Below are positions 26,959 to 36,740 of a stretch of 64,000 nucleotides of DNA, in pieces; within the stretch, counting starts at the first letter, position 1; each line of letters starts with the position of its first letter. The notes under the pieces were generated by a model that did not search any database, was not told the DNA's origin, and saw only the letters and a program-made list of their open reading frames with translations. The stretch lies in the IMG/VR virus record IMGVR_UViG_3300035135_002933; one strand, written 5' to 3'. The stretch comes from a virus. Both the position numbers and the translations under genes were made by a program.

Positions 26959-29895
26959 CTACTTTGCGTCGGCCCAGGTAGCACCATATGACGCTTCCGC
27001 GATAATAGGCACCTTGTGGCACACAACGCCTCCCGCAGCCTCCATCAATGCCGTAAGTAGAGCAGCCCACTGCTCAACCACAGCTTCTCTCACCTCGAGA
27101 ACGATCTCGTCGTGCACCATGGCGATCAAGAACGCCTCATCCACCGGTGCACCCACGATCTTTTGCCAGATCATAGCCAACGCGATTTTGGCAATATCTC
27201 CTGCCGTGCCTTGTACCTGCGTGTTGATCCGTGTCGTGAATTTGTCATTGAATCCGATTAGCCGCCTGCGGCGCCCATATCGCGTAAACACACAACGTGT
27301 GGTCTTGTTACCTTCCTGTGTCTGCCACGCATACAGCTCAGGGTACGCTTCACGGAACCCTTTAACGAGCTCGGTAGCTTCATCAAGCTCCATATCTACA
27401 CCGTACTGAGCAACAGCTTGCTTGCGTAATGTAGCTGCTCCTGCCCCATATAGGAGCCCAAAGTTACACAATTTGGCCGAAGTTCGCTCACTTTTTGTAA
27501 TCGTAGCCGCATCCTTACCAGTAATCAAAGCCGCAGTCTCCGTGTGCAGATCTCGTCCCGCCTTATACGCCTCCAACATGCGCGACTCTCCCGAGAGCTC
27601 AGCTGCCACCCGCAGTTCCACCTGCGAGAAGTCCGCCACAACGAGCGCATAACCCCCCCGAGCCCGGAATAGCTGCCTGAACTCCGCTTCACGAGGCACT
27701 TGCTGAAGGTTCGGACCAGAGCAGTTGTGCACACAAAGCTCTTCGGCGATAAAGTTATGCGTATCCTCGATCTCTAAATCGTACACTTCGGCTTCGCCGG
27801 CAGGCATAACCAGTAAAACGCGGTGATTAGTACGTAATATACCGTAAGCTAGCATTAAATCATTTAGCTTACGTGTACCTATACCTAAAAGCTTAGCCGT
27901 ATGCTCTATAGTACGTCCTTCACTATAAGCTAGTTCGATCGCACGTTTGTTTAAGTAAATACCATTAGCACTGTAGCGACGCGTGAGTGCCTTAAGATCT
28001 AAGCCAGCTAGTTTACACTTGCGTTTGTACACGTCGAAATCCATTGGTATGTACGTTAAGCGTCCCCCAGCTTCAGCTAACCAGCGGAGAAGTGTAAACT
28101 TAGATACGTGCTTCCACTGTGCGTTGTCGGCTCCTATGAACTTACCCGTACGAGCAGCGGCACTCTTACGGATCGACTCTTCGGTAAATAACCAGTTCGG
28201 ACGCCTAGATGCCGCGTGATGCCGCAAATGCTCAATCTGTGGCATAACCTCAAGATTAGTTAAGCAGTTATTAGTTTTGTCGTGATCTTTGTGATGAATA
28301 TGCCACTCGTACCCCGGCTTACCGAAATATGATTCTTTAATAATAATAAGCTGCTCTGTACTAGAGCCATAGTTACGCCAGTAAAGCCGAGGACGCTCAC
28401 TTTTGGTCGAACGGCGTAGATGCCAGATCTGCTCATTCGGCAACAATGACTGAGCTTCTACCCACCCACGGTCTGTTCTAATGCGGTGATCGGGTGTGCA
28501 GATCAAAGAACCGTACTGAGGGTCTTGATGGCCTTTAGCTTCCCAATCAACGCAGACTACGGGGCGTTTACCGTTACACCACTTATTGACCACGCGTTTA
28601 ATAACAGGTGCACCATTGGCATCTAGAGAATAAACGTAGTCACCCACCTTCACGTTTTCTATAGCTATAGCACCATTAGGCGCGAGAATTCGCTGCCCTT
28701 TGGCTATACAGCTGAGCCGCCCAGTCTCTGTGCCCATCTGCCTGTAGTTCGCATGAATCCTCCCATCCGGCCCTAACGAATCCAGCAGCTTCTCGATATG
28801 TGACACCCGCGTGACCGCATTCTTCCACTCCAAATACAGCGCCACGAGCTCGTACTCGTTCTTCAGAAACGCCAGCAAGTTCTGGTCCAGACTCGGTAAC
28901 CCCTTCTCGTTCGGGGACAACAGAATCCCTGCCTGCTCAAACCGCTCCGCCATCTGCTGCGGCGAGCGCGGATTGAACCCCTTGTATCGCTTGGTGCCTA
29001 GCCGAATCGAGCCCGAGTCCTTCTCCCGTGTGTTCACCGTCCCATCTGGGTCTCGCGGCAACCACACCCCTCGATCATCCGGGTGCTCCTGTTTGATCGC
29101 CTGATCCAGCTCCTCAAGGAAGCGCGTCTTAAGCGTCTCAGCATGGTCGTGCAATGAGACCTGCAGCTTCGCCGCAGCTACTGCGTCAAACCCAAACCCG
29201 TTCCACTGCATCCGCGCGATGGGCCGCAACGCGTTCATCTCGAGATCGAACACGTCCAACAACGTCACCGAGCGCGTGAGCGCCTCCCCACGCAGCGCCT
29301 CCATAAGCAGCGGCGCCAGCCTCGGAAGGCACACCGCGTCCCGCGCGGCGTACTGCACCATCTCCGGCGTGATCTCACCTGCCCAGTTCGCCTTCTGCAG
29401 CTCCTTAGGCATCGGCACCTTGAGCACCCGGTTCACGATGCTCCCGAGGTCGTTCTTGGCCCCTGTGCCATTGTTGATCACCTTGGCGGCGATCATCGTG
29501 TCGAAGATCGACCCCCCGAGCTCGAGGCCCTCCCCTTTGAGGAAGTTGAGGTCGAATGCTGCGTTCTGCAGCACCTTCTTACGCCGGCCCTCCAGCAGAG
29601 CGCGCAGCTGCATGAGCCCAGGAGCCTCCCACGGCACCTGCCGCACACCCTCGGTGCGCCACCCGTCCAGGTCCACAATCAAGGCGTAGTCGCGAACCGC
29701 GACTTGAATGAGACGCACCTGATTCACCAATGGATCGAGGCCGGTGGTCTCTGTATCCACCCCCAGGGGGCACTCGCTCTCAGCGAGCTCGGCCACGCGC
29801 CGCTTCAGTAACGAGCTCGACTGCGGACCTTGTATGAAGTCGAAATCAACATCTTCTAAAGCTTTTTGGTGGGCGAGTGTGGCATCCGAAGGCAT
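26959..29895 (-). CDS. polA: family A DNA polymerase (3'-5' exo + pol) interrupted by an intein
   Basis: GVDTETTG exo I, QNAAFDLNFL exo II, YAARD exo III; ADFSQVELR motif A, AKLCNFGLLYG motif B, VHDEIV motif C. Confidence 0.95.
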   Translation of the reverse strand: MPSDATLAHQKALEDVDFDFIQGPQSSSLLKRRVAELAESECPLGVDTETTGLDPLVNQVRLIQVAVRDYALIVDLDGWRTEGVRQVPWEAPGLMQLRALLEGRRKKVLQNAAFDLNFLKGEGLELGGSIFDTMIAAKVINNGTGAKNDLGSIVNRVLKVPMPKELQKANWAGEITPEMVQYAARDAVCLPRLAPLLMEALRGEALTRSVTLLDVFDLEMNALRPIARMQWNGFGFDAVAAAKLQVSLHDHAETLKTRFLEELDQAIKQEHPDDRGVWLPRDPDGTVNTREKDSGSIRLGTKRYKGFNPRSPQQMAERFEQAGILLSPNEKGLPSLDQNLLAFLKNEYELVALYLEWKNAVTRVSHIEKLLDSLGPDGRIHANYRQMGTETGRLSCIAKGQRILAPNGAIAIENVKVGDYVYSLDANGAPVIKRVVNKWCNGKRPVVCVDWEAKGHQDPQYGSLICTPDHRIRTDRGWVEAQSLLPNEQIWHLRRSTKSERPRLYWRNYGSSTEQLIIIKESYFGKPGYEWHIHHKDHDKTNNCLTNLEVMPQIEHLRHHAASRRPNWLFTEESIRKSAAARTGKFIGADNAQWKHVSKFTLLRWLAEAGGRLTYIPMDFDVYKRKCKLAGLDLKALTRRYSANGIYLNKRAIELAYSEGRTIEHTAKLLGIGTRKLNDLMLAYGILRTNHRVLLVMPAGEAEVYDLEIEDTHNFIAEELCVHNCSGPNLQQVPREAEFRQLFRARGGYALVVADFSQVELRVAAELSGESRMLEAYKAGRDLHTETAALITGKDAATITKSERTSAKLCNFGLLYGAGAATLRKQAVAQYGVDMELDEATELVKGFREAYPELYAWQTQEGNKTTRCVFTRYGRRRRLIGFNDKFTTRINTQVQGTAGDIAKIALAMIWQKIVGAPVDEAFLIAMVHDEIVLEVREAVVEQWAALLTALMEAAGGVVCHKVPIIAEASYGATWADAK
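27724..28710 (-). mobile_element. 329 aa intein with an HNH endonuclease
   Basis: TGRLS|CIAKGQRI...VYDLEIEDTHNFIAEELCVHN|CSGPNLQQ; internal HHKDHDKTNNCLTNL; AT-richer than the exteins. Confidence 0.93.
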
Positions 29896-29918
29896 AATCA
29901 GTTAAATGCGGTGTTCCG

Positions 29919-30107
29919 ATGGACGAGCTTTCTTTAGGTTTTGCCCAAGAAGCAGCACTTAGGCAAATTGATGAGTGCACCAGCGTAGCAGAGCTCAAAG
30001 CTTTAGCCAAGCAACTTATGAAGTCGCATTTTGAAACTCGCAGCTTTATCGCACAGCTGCTACTGCACCCACCTAAAGCGTTCCAGGCACCCGAGAACGG
30101 GGTGTGA
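29919..30107 (+). CDS. hypothetical protein (62 aa)
   Basis: Helical ORF opposite in orientation to its neighbours. Confidence 0.55.
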   Translation: MDELSLGFAQEAALRQIDECTSVAELKALAKQLMKSHFETRSFIAQLLLHPPKAFQAPENGV

Positions 30108-30132
30108 CCCCGCCTCGGGCGTGTAAACGCTT

Positions 30133-32895
30133 TTACGCGCCGGCATCCCAGCCGTCACGCTCCCAATCTCCATAGTACTGCGTAGAGAGGGGGGTCCCTT
30201 TAATGCCCGAGGCTGTGTCGTTAATTACGACCTCTTCCTCCGAAACCGTTGTGCTGGAGAGGGTTTCGCTGTCGGGAATTTGCGACAACTGTCGCTGAGC
30301 GGGTTCGGTGTCGTTAATTCGCGGTCCCTCAGAGGGGGTAGTTTTCCCCAGGTTTTCCACAGGTGGCGATGTCTCACGCGTCTCATCTGCGACTGGCTCG
30401 TCGGAGGAGGCTTCCGAGCTCGGAATTAACGACACATCGGCCTCAGGGGAGGGGTTGTCGTTAATTCTGTCGCAAATTAAATCGCTTGCGCCAGAACGGT
30501 TCTCGAAGAAAACAGGTGTTTTAACGACACTCCGACCCTCGTATATGGGGGGTTTGACCCTGTAGCCAGCTGCAGGGCGCCCCTTTCCCTGTTTCGGCTG
30601 TCTCAACACCACCTCCTCCACGAGGCCGGCCACCACCCACCGCCGGACCCACCGCTCCACCGAGCGAAGGCTCACACACGTCCCCGGCCCTCGCCGCCCA
30701 CTCAGCCGCGCGTTCAGGGCGTAGCGCAGGTCCTTGGCCGTCATCGGCTCCTCAGCCTCCTTGAGGATCCCGAGAACGAGTGTCCGCGGGGTCTCATCCC
30801 CCTGCCCACCGTTATCCCGCGTCACCGTCGGCGTGAGGTCCTCAATGCTCAGCGCCTCCTCGATGTCCTCACGCACCAGGAAGCGGTCACCACCCCGCAT
30901 GCCCCGGCTCTTGTCGATCTCGAGGATGAGTGCGTTGTCGCCGTACTCCCTACGCTCCTCGTCGGTGAGCTCCTTCAGCTCCCAGGTCTCGTGCACCGCG
31001 TTCCGCAGCGTGTCCGTCCCGCGGAACTTGGTCCCATCCTTCGTGTTGTGGTGGATCCACAGGAACGTCGTCGCCGGGAACGCCGTCCCGTTCTCCCGCG
31101 CCAGCCGGTAGAGCGTGTTGGCGTACTCCTTCTCGTACTCCTTGGCGGCGATCATCATGCTCACCGAGGTCAACGAGTCGACCACCACGAGCACGGGCTT
31201 GATCTCCTCCAGCCAGCGCACGAGCACCCGGTACTGACTCTGCTGCCACTGCGGCTTGAATTTCATCCAACGGTCGGCCCCACTGGAGTCGATCCCCTGC
31301 TGATCGAAGTACTCGGCGTAATCCGTCATCGACATATCGTTGCCGATGAACAACACGTTCCCCGAGGCCGTGGGCTCCACCGTCAGCCCCCGCACCTTCA
31401 TCGGCAGCTTCTGCCCGACGATCTTGGAGATCAGCACCGCAAGCCGCGTCTTGCCCATGCCGCCCCGTGCGTGCAGCATCACCGAGGACGGCTTCGACAG
31501 GAAGTCCGGGATCAGATAGTCCCGATCGCCCCGCACCTTCTCTTGCCACTGCGGATCAGCCTCCACCTGCTCCTGGTGCAGCAGGTAGCGCTCGAGGGCG
31601 GCCTCCACCTGCGGCCCTGACTTGTAGACGTGCGTCAGCCCTGCATCCCGCACCAGTTCCATCAGGTGGTAGTGCGCAAGCTCCGCGTTGTCGTAGCCAT
31701 TGACGATCTTCTCCACCGACGTGAAAAAGTCGTCCCCACTCAGCCGCTTCAGCGGCGCATCCTTGATGGTGACCTCCGTGGCCGTGGCGCACGCCGGGTA
31801 GTCGTACCCGAGCTCACCAGCGATCTCAGCCACGTAGGCCTCCAGATCCGGCCCAGTCGGCCTCCCGGCGTGCATGTCCTTTGTGCGCACCTTGTGCACG
31901 AAATCGAGAACGTCTCCCCCGACCCCGCACGCCTTGCAGTCCCAGCAGCCCGTCTCTGTGGCGTACTGGAACGTCGTCCCACTGCGGCCCCCATGCCAGG
32001 GGCAGCCACTCATGCGCTGCGGGTTCTCCCCGCCACGGTCCCGCCAGCCGTACTGATCAAACACCTCGTGCTTGAACACCAGATCCGCCAGCCGAGGCCG
32101 CAGCCGAGCCTGCACTTCCTCTTTGAAGAACCACCCGCGGATCTGCCGCGATGGCACCGCGGTCTGCCCCCCGAGCTCGTCAAGCACCTCCCGCTGCTGA
32201 GCCTCTGACAGCCACTGCACCGGCTTCCGGTGCGCCCGCAGCACGTCCAGCACCCACGCAGGCGCCATGGCCACCTGGCCCTCGTTGTAGTTGAGGAATC
32301 GGTAGGGCAGCTTTGTCTCCGGGTGCGGCGAGCCTGGCACCACGCTCTGGCAGGCGTTGAAGCGCAGCACCACTTCCTGGTACTCGCCATCGCCGTTTGT
32401 CACCACCTCACCGCCGGCGCCGCGGTTGGTGTCTCCTTGACCCAGGTGCCAATCACCGGTGTCGGTGCGCAGGATCAGCGTCTTGACGTGCTCGAGCTGC
32501 TCCACCAGGTACTTAGGCACCCGATAGAGGATCTGCCGACGCCCCGGCTTGCCCGACGTCCACGACATCGTGCGCTCTTCGCCATAGGGCTCGTAGCCCT
32601 CCCCGGCCACCCCGCGGTAGCGGTCGTCCGCCTCCGCCCCATCGATATCGAGAGCGATCAAGCCCCCCGAGAACGAACCGGTGACCACACCCAGGCCCAC
32701 GTAGTCCTGCCGCAGCTGGTAGGCCGTCATGCACTCGACCCTCGAGAGCGGCTTGGTGGTCCACTCTTTGATGTAGGTCGCTTTGCCTGCTACAGGCACG
32801 AACGTCCAATCACTAGGAAAGACGTCGCGACGCAGCAGCTCAATGGCTCGCCCTTCTAAGAAGTTCGCGCCATCGTTTTGGGACTTGTTGTCCAT
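30133..32895 (-). CDS. primase-polymerase / Zn-binding / RepA-type (AAA_25) helicase fusion
   Basis: GLGVVTG..GGLIALDIDG (Prim-Pol), CPWH..WDCKACG Zn finger, Walker A ARGGMGKT, Walker B VVVDS; likely ATG 32895. Confidence 0.88.
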   Translation of the reverse strand: MDNKSQNDGANFLEGRAIELLRRDVFPSDWTFVPVAGKATYIKEWTTKPLSRVECMTAYQLRQDYVGLGVVTGSFSGGLIALDIDGAEADDRYRGVAGEGYEPYGEERTMSWTSGKPGRRQILYRVPKYLVEQLEHVKTLILRTDTGDWHLGQGDTNRGAGGEVVTNGDGEYQEVVLRFNACQSVVPGSPHPETKLPYRFLNYNEGQVAMAPAWVLDVLRAHRKPVQWLSEAQQREVLDELGGQTAVPSRQIRGWFFKEEVQARLRPRLADLVFKHEVFDQYGWRDRGGENPQRMSGCPWHGGRSGTTFQYATETGCWDCKACGVGGDVLDFVHKVRTKDMHAGRPTGPDLEAYVAEIAGELGYDYPACATATEVTIKDAPLKRLSGDDFFTSVEKIVNGYDNAELAHYHLMELVRDAGLTHVYKSGPQVEAALERYLLHQEQVEADPQWQEKVRGDRDYLIPDFLSKPSSVMLHARGGMGKTRLAVLISKIVGQKLPMKVRGLTVEPTASGNVLFIGNDMSMTDYAEYFDQQGIDSSGADRWMKFKPQWQQSQYRVLVRWLEEIKPVLVVVDSLTSVSMMIAAKEYEKEYANTLYRLARENGTAFPATTFLWIHHNTKDGTKFRGTDTLRNAVHETWELKELTDEERREYGDNALILEIDKSRGMRGGDRFLVREDIEEALSIEDLTPTVTRDNGGQGDETPRTLVLGILKEAEEPMTAKDLRYALNARLSGRRGPGTCVSLRSVERWVRRWVVAGLVEEVVLRQPKQGKGRPAAGYRVKPPIYEGRSVVKTPVFFENRSGASDLICDRINDNPSPEADVSLIPSSEASSDEPVADETRETSPPVENLGKTTPSEGPRINDTEPAQRQLSQIPDSETLSSTTVSEEEVVINDTASGIKGTPLSTQYYGDWERDGWDAGA

Positions 32896-32925
32896 TAGGA
32901 TTGTCAGCAGTAATGAAGGACATCG

Positions 32926-32952
32926 CCCCCTGCCACCCGCAGGGGGTTTTTT
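32926..32952 (+). terminator. GC hairpin + T6 in the primase leader
   Basis: CCCCCTGC-CACCC-GCAGGGGG-TTTTTT. Confidence 0.55.
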
Positions 32953-32965
32953 GTGTCCGCATATC

Positions 32966-33080
32966 ACCGTACCCAGCGCGGTGGGGCCTAGCAAGAAATG
33001 CAAGCGAGTCTCAGGAGACTCACGGTTTGCTGCGTAAACCCTCGCAAAGGGTTGACAAGCTCTCGCCTACCCCCTACGGT
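32966..33080. promoter_or_regulatory. divergent sigma-70-like promoters with a central GAGWCTCA operator pair
   Basis: Leftward TTGCTA(32994-32989)-17-TACGGT; rightward TTGACA(33052-57)-17-TACGGT(33075-80); GAGTCTCA/GAGACTCA at 33006-33023. Confidence 0.7.
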
Positions 33081-33138
33081 CTCCAGCAGAGACACGCATT
33101 CCGCAACGTCTCTTGCACTTCATCCTGTTTCACACCTC

Positions 33139-33678
33139 ATGGCCGACTTCCTTTCACCTCAGGCAATCGAGGAGATCTCCAAGGAGACCAGTGGCTCCGG
33201 CCGCTACCTGAACCCCAGCAAGATCACCGAGGAAACCCGAGTCCGGTTCTTCGGCTCCGGCATCACCGGCTTCGAAGGCTGGACCACCGAGAACAAGCCT
33301 CTCCGCTGGGAGTCCCGTCCCGACGAACTGCCGGCCAACATTCGTATCCGCGAAGGCAGCAGCCCGATCAAGCGCTTCATCGCCGGCCTGGTCTACGACT
33401 ATGCCTCGGATGACTTCAAGATCCTGCAGATCACCCAGAAGACGCTGATGGATCAGCTCTTCAAGTTCATCGCCGACGAGGACTACGGCCAGCCCAGCGG
33501 CTACGACATCAAGATCAGCAAGACCGGTGAGGGCATGAAGACCGAGTACAGCCTCGTTGCCGCCCCACCCAAGGCTGTGAAGCCCGAGCTCGATGCTCGC
33601 TACGAGGAGATCGCCGCGACGCTCGACCTCACCCGCATGTACGACGGCGAAGACCCGTTCGGCGACTCCAAAGCCTGA
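33139..33678 (+). CDS. putative single-stranded DNA-binding protein
   Basis: OB-fold-like pattern (KILQITQKT...GYDIKISKTGEGMKTEYS), acidic C-terminus DGEDPF, replication context. Confidence 0.6.
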   Translation: MADFLSPQAIEEISKETSGSGRYLNPSKITEETRVRFFGSGITGFEGWTTENKPLRWESRPDELPANIRIREGSSPIKRFIAGLVYDYASDDFKILQITQKTLMDQLFKFIADEDYGQPSGYDIKISKTGEGMKTEYSLVAAPPKAVKPELDARYEEIAATLDLTRMYDGEDPFGDSKA

Positions 33679-33687
33679 TCTGTACAC

Positions 33688-33710
33688 GGGGGCTTCGGCC
33701 CCCTTTCTTT
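33688..33710 (+). terminator. rho-independent terminator
   Basis: GGGGGC-TTCG-GCCCCC-TTTCTTT. Confidence 0.8.
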
Positions 33711-33719
33711 GGCACATCC

Positions 33720-33953
33720 ATGGACACAACGAAACTGCTCGGGCGCAACATCCGGTATCACCTCTTCCGCACGCAGTACACCTTGCGCGACGTCGCCGAG
33801 TCCGCCGGTATCTCCTCCTACTCCCTGGGCCGCATGGCGTCAGGCAAGACCAAGCTGATCGACCCCAACGTTCTCACCGATCTCATGCGCGTCTTCAAAT
33901 GCGACGCCAACGCGCTGCTCATGCCAATCGAGGGCGTCCCCTATGACAACTGA
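33720..33953 (+). CDS. Cro/C1-type HTH DNA-binding protein
   Basis: TLRDVAESAGISSYSLGRMASGK...LMRVFKCDANAL. Confidence 0.8.
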   Translation: MDTTKLLGRNIRYHLFRTQYTLRDVAESAGISSYSLGRMASGKTKLIDPNVLTDLMRVFKCDANALLMPIEGVPYDN

Positions 33954-34626
33954 ACAGCGCATTCGAGGCCTACCCAAGTACGAACCCATCCGCTCACACG
34001 CCAACGGAGAGCGCAGCTACAGCACCCCTCTCGGCAGTTGCCAGTCTGTGACCACCATCCTCAGCGCCACCCGCGACAACAGCGGCCTCGAAGACTGGCG
34101 CGAGTCTGTTGGTCACGCCCGCGCTGATGCCATCTGCAACCTGGCGTCCTTCCGAGGCACCCGGCACCACGAGAACGTTGAGCAATACCTCCTCGACGGC
34201 ACCGAGCCCGGCTTCGACTTCCTGAACACGCCCTACTGGAAGAGCACGCGCAGCTTCCTCGATCGCGTGGACAAGCCACTGGTCATGGAAGGCGCGGTGT
34301 ACCACCCGCTTCGCTACGCCGGCACCTTCGACTGCATCGCCTACCTCGACGACGACGGAACCCAGCCATCGCTGTTGGACTGGAAGACCGCAGACAAAGT
34401 GCGCAACGCCGTCAAGATGTACGAGTACTCAATCCAAGTTGCTGCGTACGTCGCCGCTGCCAACTATGTCTACAGCGCGCAAGGCTTAAACATTCAGCGC
34501 GCACTCATTGTCGTAGCCATTCCCGACGAGCCCCCTCAGATCGAGGAGCTCACCCCAAAGCAGCTCTCGCAGTACTTCAAGCACTTCGAGGCGCGCGTAA
34601 AGCGGTTTACCCGGGCACGCGGATGA
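33943..34626 (+). CDS. PD-(D/E)xK exonuclease (Cas4/RecB-like)
   Basis: RGTRHHE...YAGTFDCI...LLDWKT...QVAAY. Confidence 0.85.
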   Translation: MTTEQRIRGLPKYEPIRSHANGERSYSTPLGSCQSVTTILSATRDNSGLEDWRESVGHARADAICNLASFRGTRHHENVEQYLLDGTEPGFDFLNTPYWKSTRSFLDRVDKPLVMEGAVYHPLRYAGTFDCIAYLDDDGTQPSLLDWKTADKVRNAVKMYEYSIQVAAYVAAANYVYSAQGLNIQRALIVVAIPDEPPQIEELTPKQLSQYFKHFEARVKRFTRARG

Positions 34627-35021
34627 CAGACACCCACCCCTTCATCAACCTGCTCAGTGGCGCCATCGGCGGTGCCGCCGTCGTGCAGAACGCCACCCAC
34701 CAGGCCTTAATCGAGTCCGTCACCGACATCGACGCCGGCCTCACCGCTGAGATTCACGATTACTTCTGCAAAGAGCTCGGCCTGGACTTTGAAGGCATCG
34801 CATACAACGCACTTACAGCGATGTACGTGAAGCTCACACTGGAAGACATCAAAGAAGCAAGCATCACTACCGTTGCGCGCATTCTTTGGTACAGGCTCGG
34901 CTCTCCCGACCTCAACGGAGCCAAACCACCGCCTATTTACGTACAAACCGCTGCCGTTCTCTACAACTGGCTGCTGGACGTCTTAGATCCCGATTTCGAA
35001 CCTCCTCTTTCACAGAACTGA
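34623..35021 (+). CDS. hypothetical protein
   Basis: Coupled ORF (ATGA). Confidence 0.55.
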   Translation: MTDTHPFINLLSGAIGGAAVVQNATHQALIESVTDIDAGLTAEIHDYFCKELGLDFEGIAYNALTAMYVKLTLEDIKEASITTVARILWYRLGSPDLNGAKPPPIYVQTAAVLYNWLLDVLDPDFEPPLSQN

Positions 35022-35023
35022 CC

Positions 35024-35629
35024 ATGCTCATCGCGCTTTACTCCCCCGCCCCTCAGTGCGGTAAGTCCACCATCGCCGACCACCTCATCACCGAGCACGG
35101 CTTCACGCACCTCAGCTTCGCTGAGCCCCTCAAAGAGATGATCAACACGCTCCTGGAGAACTTCGGCTACACCCCGCAGGACGCGCATCACATGACGCAC
35201 GTCTTCAAGGAGGCCCCCCTCCCCGAGCTCGGCACCGGCCTCACAGCCCGCCACCTGCTGCGCACCCTAGGCACCGAATGGGGCCGCGACTGCCTGCAGT
35301 CCGACATCTGGCTGCGCTGCTGGATCTCGCGCTACCAGCGCCTCCAGCTCACCGGCATCGAGCGCGTGGTCGTCGACGACATGCGCTTCCTCAACGAGGC
35401 ACTGCTGATGCAACGTCACGACGCACAGCTTTGGAAGGTGGAGCGCCCCGGCGCCACCCCCGGCGAAGTGCACCGCTCCGAGGGCGACCTCAACCACCTG
35501 AAATCGTTCTCCGACCCCGCGAATGACTACTCTCTGGCCTTTCACTCAATCTTCAACAACAACGGCACAGTAGAAGATTTACTGCGCGCGGTGGATGATA
35601 CTCTAACTGTGCTGCATGCCCTTGCTTAA
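35024..35629 (+). CDS. deoxynucleoside monophosphate kinase
   Basis: P-loop APQCGKST, SFAEPLK, LRTLGTEWGR, DDMRFLNE. Confidence 0.88.
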   Translation: MLIALYSPAPQCGKSTIADHLITEHGFTHLSFAEPLKEMINTLLENFGYTPQDAHHMTHVFKEAPLPELGTGLTARHLLRTLGTEWGRDCLQSDIWLRCWISRYQRLQLTGIERVVVDDMRFLNEALLMQRHDAQLWKVERPGATPGEVHRSEGDLNHLKSFSDPANDYSLAFHSIFNNNGTVEDLLRAVDDTLTVLHALA

Positions 35630-35633
35630 CACT

Positions 35634-35834
35634 ATGGACATTCAGCAACTGAGCGTAGTGCTGCCGCAGTACGTGCGGCTCACGCAATCCTCTGGTGAAA
35701 CCATCAGGCGCAGTCCACTCACCCGCCAATACAGCGACCGCTATTTCACCATTGCGCGGCAGCACGGACTACGCCACGCCCAGGCCTGGCTGCTGGGCTC
35801 CCTCGTTACCGACCTCCACAGCACCCCCACCTGA
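35634..35834 (+). CDS. hypothetical protein
   Basis: Short ORF between kinase and sigma factor. Confidence 0.5.
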   Translation: MDIQQLSVVLPQYVRLTQSSGETIRRSPLTRQYSDRYFTIARQHGLRHAQAWLLGSLVTDLHSTPT

Positions 35835-35846
35835 TCCACACCGAGC

Positions 35847-36737
35847 ATGTCGGACATCATCTCCCAGTACCTCAACGACATTGCTCGGTATCCCATCCTT
35901 TCCCGGGAAGCACAGCTGCGGCATGCCTACCGCATCCAGGCCTGGTACAACTACACCCCACCCGGCGCCACCGAGCCCGATCGCACCCAGGCCCCCGAGC
36001 GCGTCGCTCGCCTCGGCAAACGCTCCCTCGACATCATGGTGCGCACCAACCTGCGCCTCGTGGTGCACCTGGCCAAGCGCTACCAGAACCGCGGCCTCGA
36101 GCTGAGCGACCTCATCCAGGAGGGTTCCCTCGGACTGATCCGCGGCATCGAGCTCTTCGATCCCACCCGCGGCTACGCCTTCAGCACGTACTCGTACTGG
36201 TGGATCCGCCAGTCGATCTGCCGGGCGATCTACAACACGGCCCGCACAATCCGGCTGCCGGTGAACGTGCAGGACACCTCCACGAAAGTTCGCCGCTTCA
36301 CCCAGCAGTTCCTGGCCGATCACAACCGCAATCCGACCCTCCCTGAGATCGCAGCCGAGTTCGATCTCACCCTCGAGCGGCTCAACGACATCCTCAGCAG
36401 TTGCGTGCTCACGGACTGTCTGTCAATGGATAGCCTGTGCCAGCTCACGGACACCTCGCTCTCGGAGATCCTCACGACATCCAACCCCACCAGCTCCGAA
36501 TCTCCCGAGCTCGCCACCCTCGCCACCGAGCGCGATGACCTCCTGCAAAAAGCACTCACACAGCTCGATGAACGCGAGCGCCGGGTGATCACCGTCCTGC
36601 ATTTCGAGGGCGGCAACACCACACAGCTGGCCTCCGAGTTCGATGTATCGCGCCACACCGTGTCAACGCTGCACAAGAAAGCGCTCAATAAACTGCGGCG
36701 CAGCCTTGTGTACAGCTGGGAAGCATTTGAGGGGTGA
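35847..36737 (+). CDS. RNA polymerase sigma-70 family factor (group 2/RpoD-like)
   Basis: Region 1.2 QYLNDIARYPIL; region 2 NLRLVVHLAKRYQNRG..DLIQEG..FDPTRGYAFSTYSYWWIRQ; regions 3 and 4 present. Confidence 0.93.
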   Translation: MSDIISQYLNDIARYPILSREAQLRHAYRIQAWYNYTPPGATEPDRTQAPERVARLGKRSLDIMVRTNLRLVVHLAKRYQNRGLELSDLIQEGSLGLIRGIELFDPTRGYAFSTYSYWWIRQSICRAIYNTARTIRLPVNVQDTSTKVRRFTQQFLADHNRNPTLPEIAAEFDLTLERLNDILSSCVLTDCLSMDSLCQLTDTSLSEILTTSNPTSSESPELATLATERDDLLQKALTQLDERERRVITVLHFEGGNTTQLASEFDVSRHTVSTLHKKALNKLRRSLVYSWEAFEG

Positions 36738-36740
36738 GGC

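Noticed and set aside
29900-33000. Long + strand ORFs overlapping the primase-helicase (and similar shadow ORFs genome-wide)
   Set aside because: Antisense shadows expected in high-GC coding DNA; no motifs
33943-34626. Cas4-like nuclease as a CRISPR-Cas component
   Set aside because: Stand-alone PD-(D/E)xK exonuclease in a replication operon; no array or other cas genes
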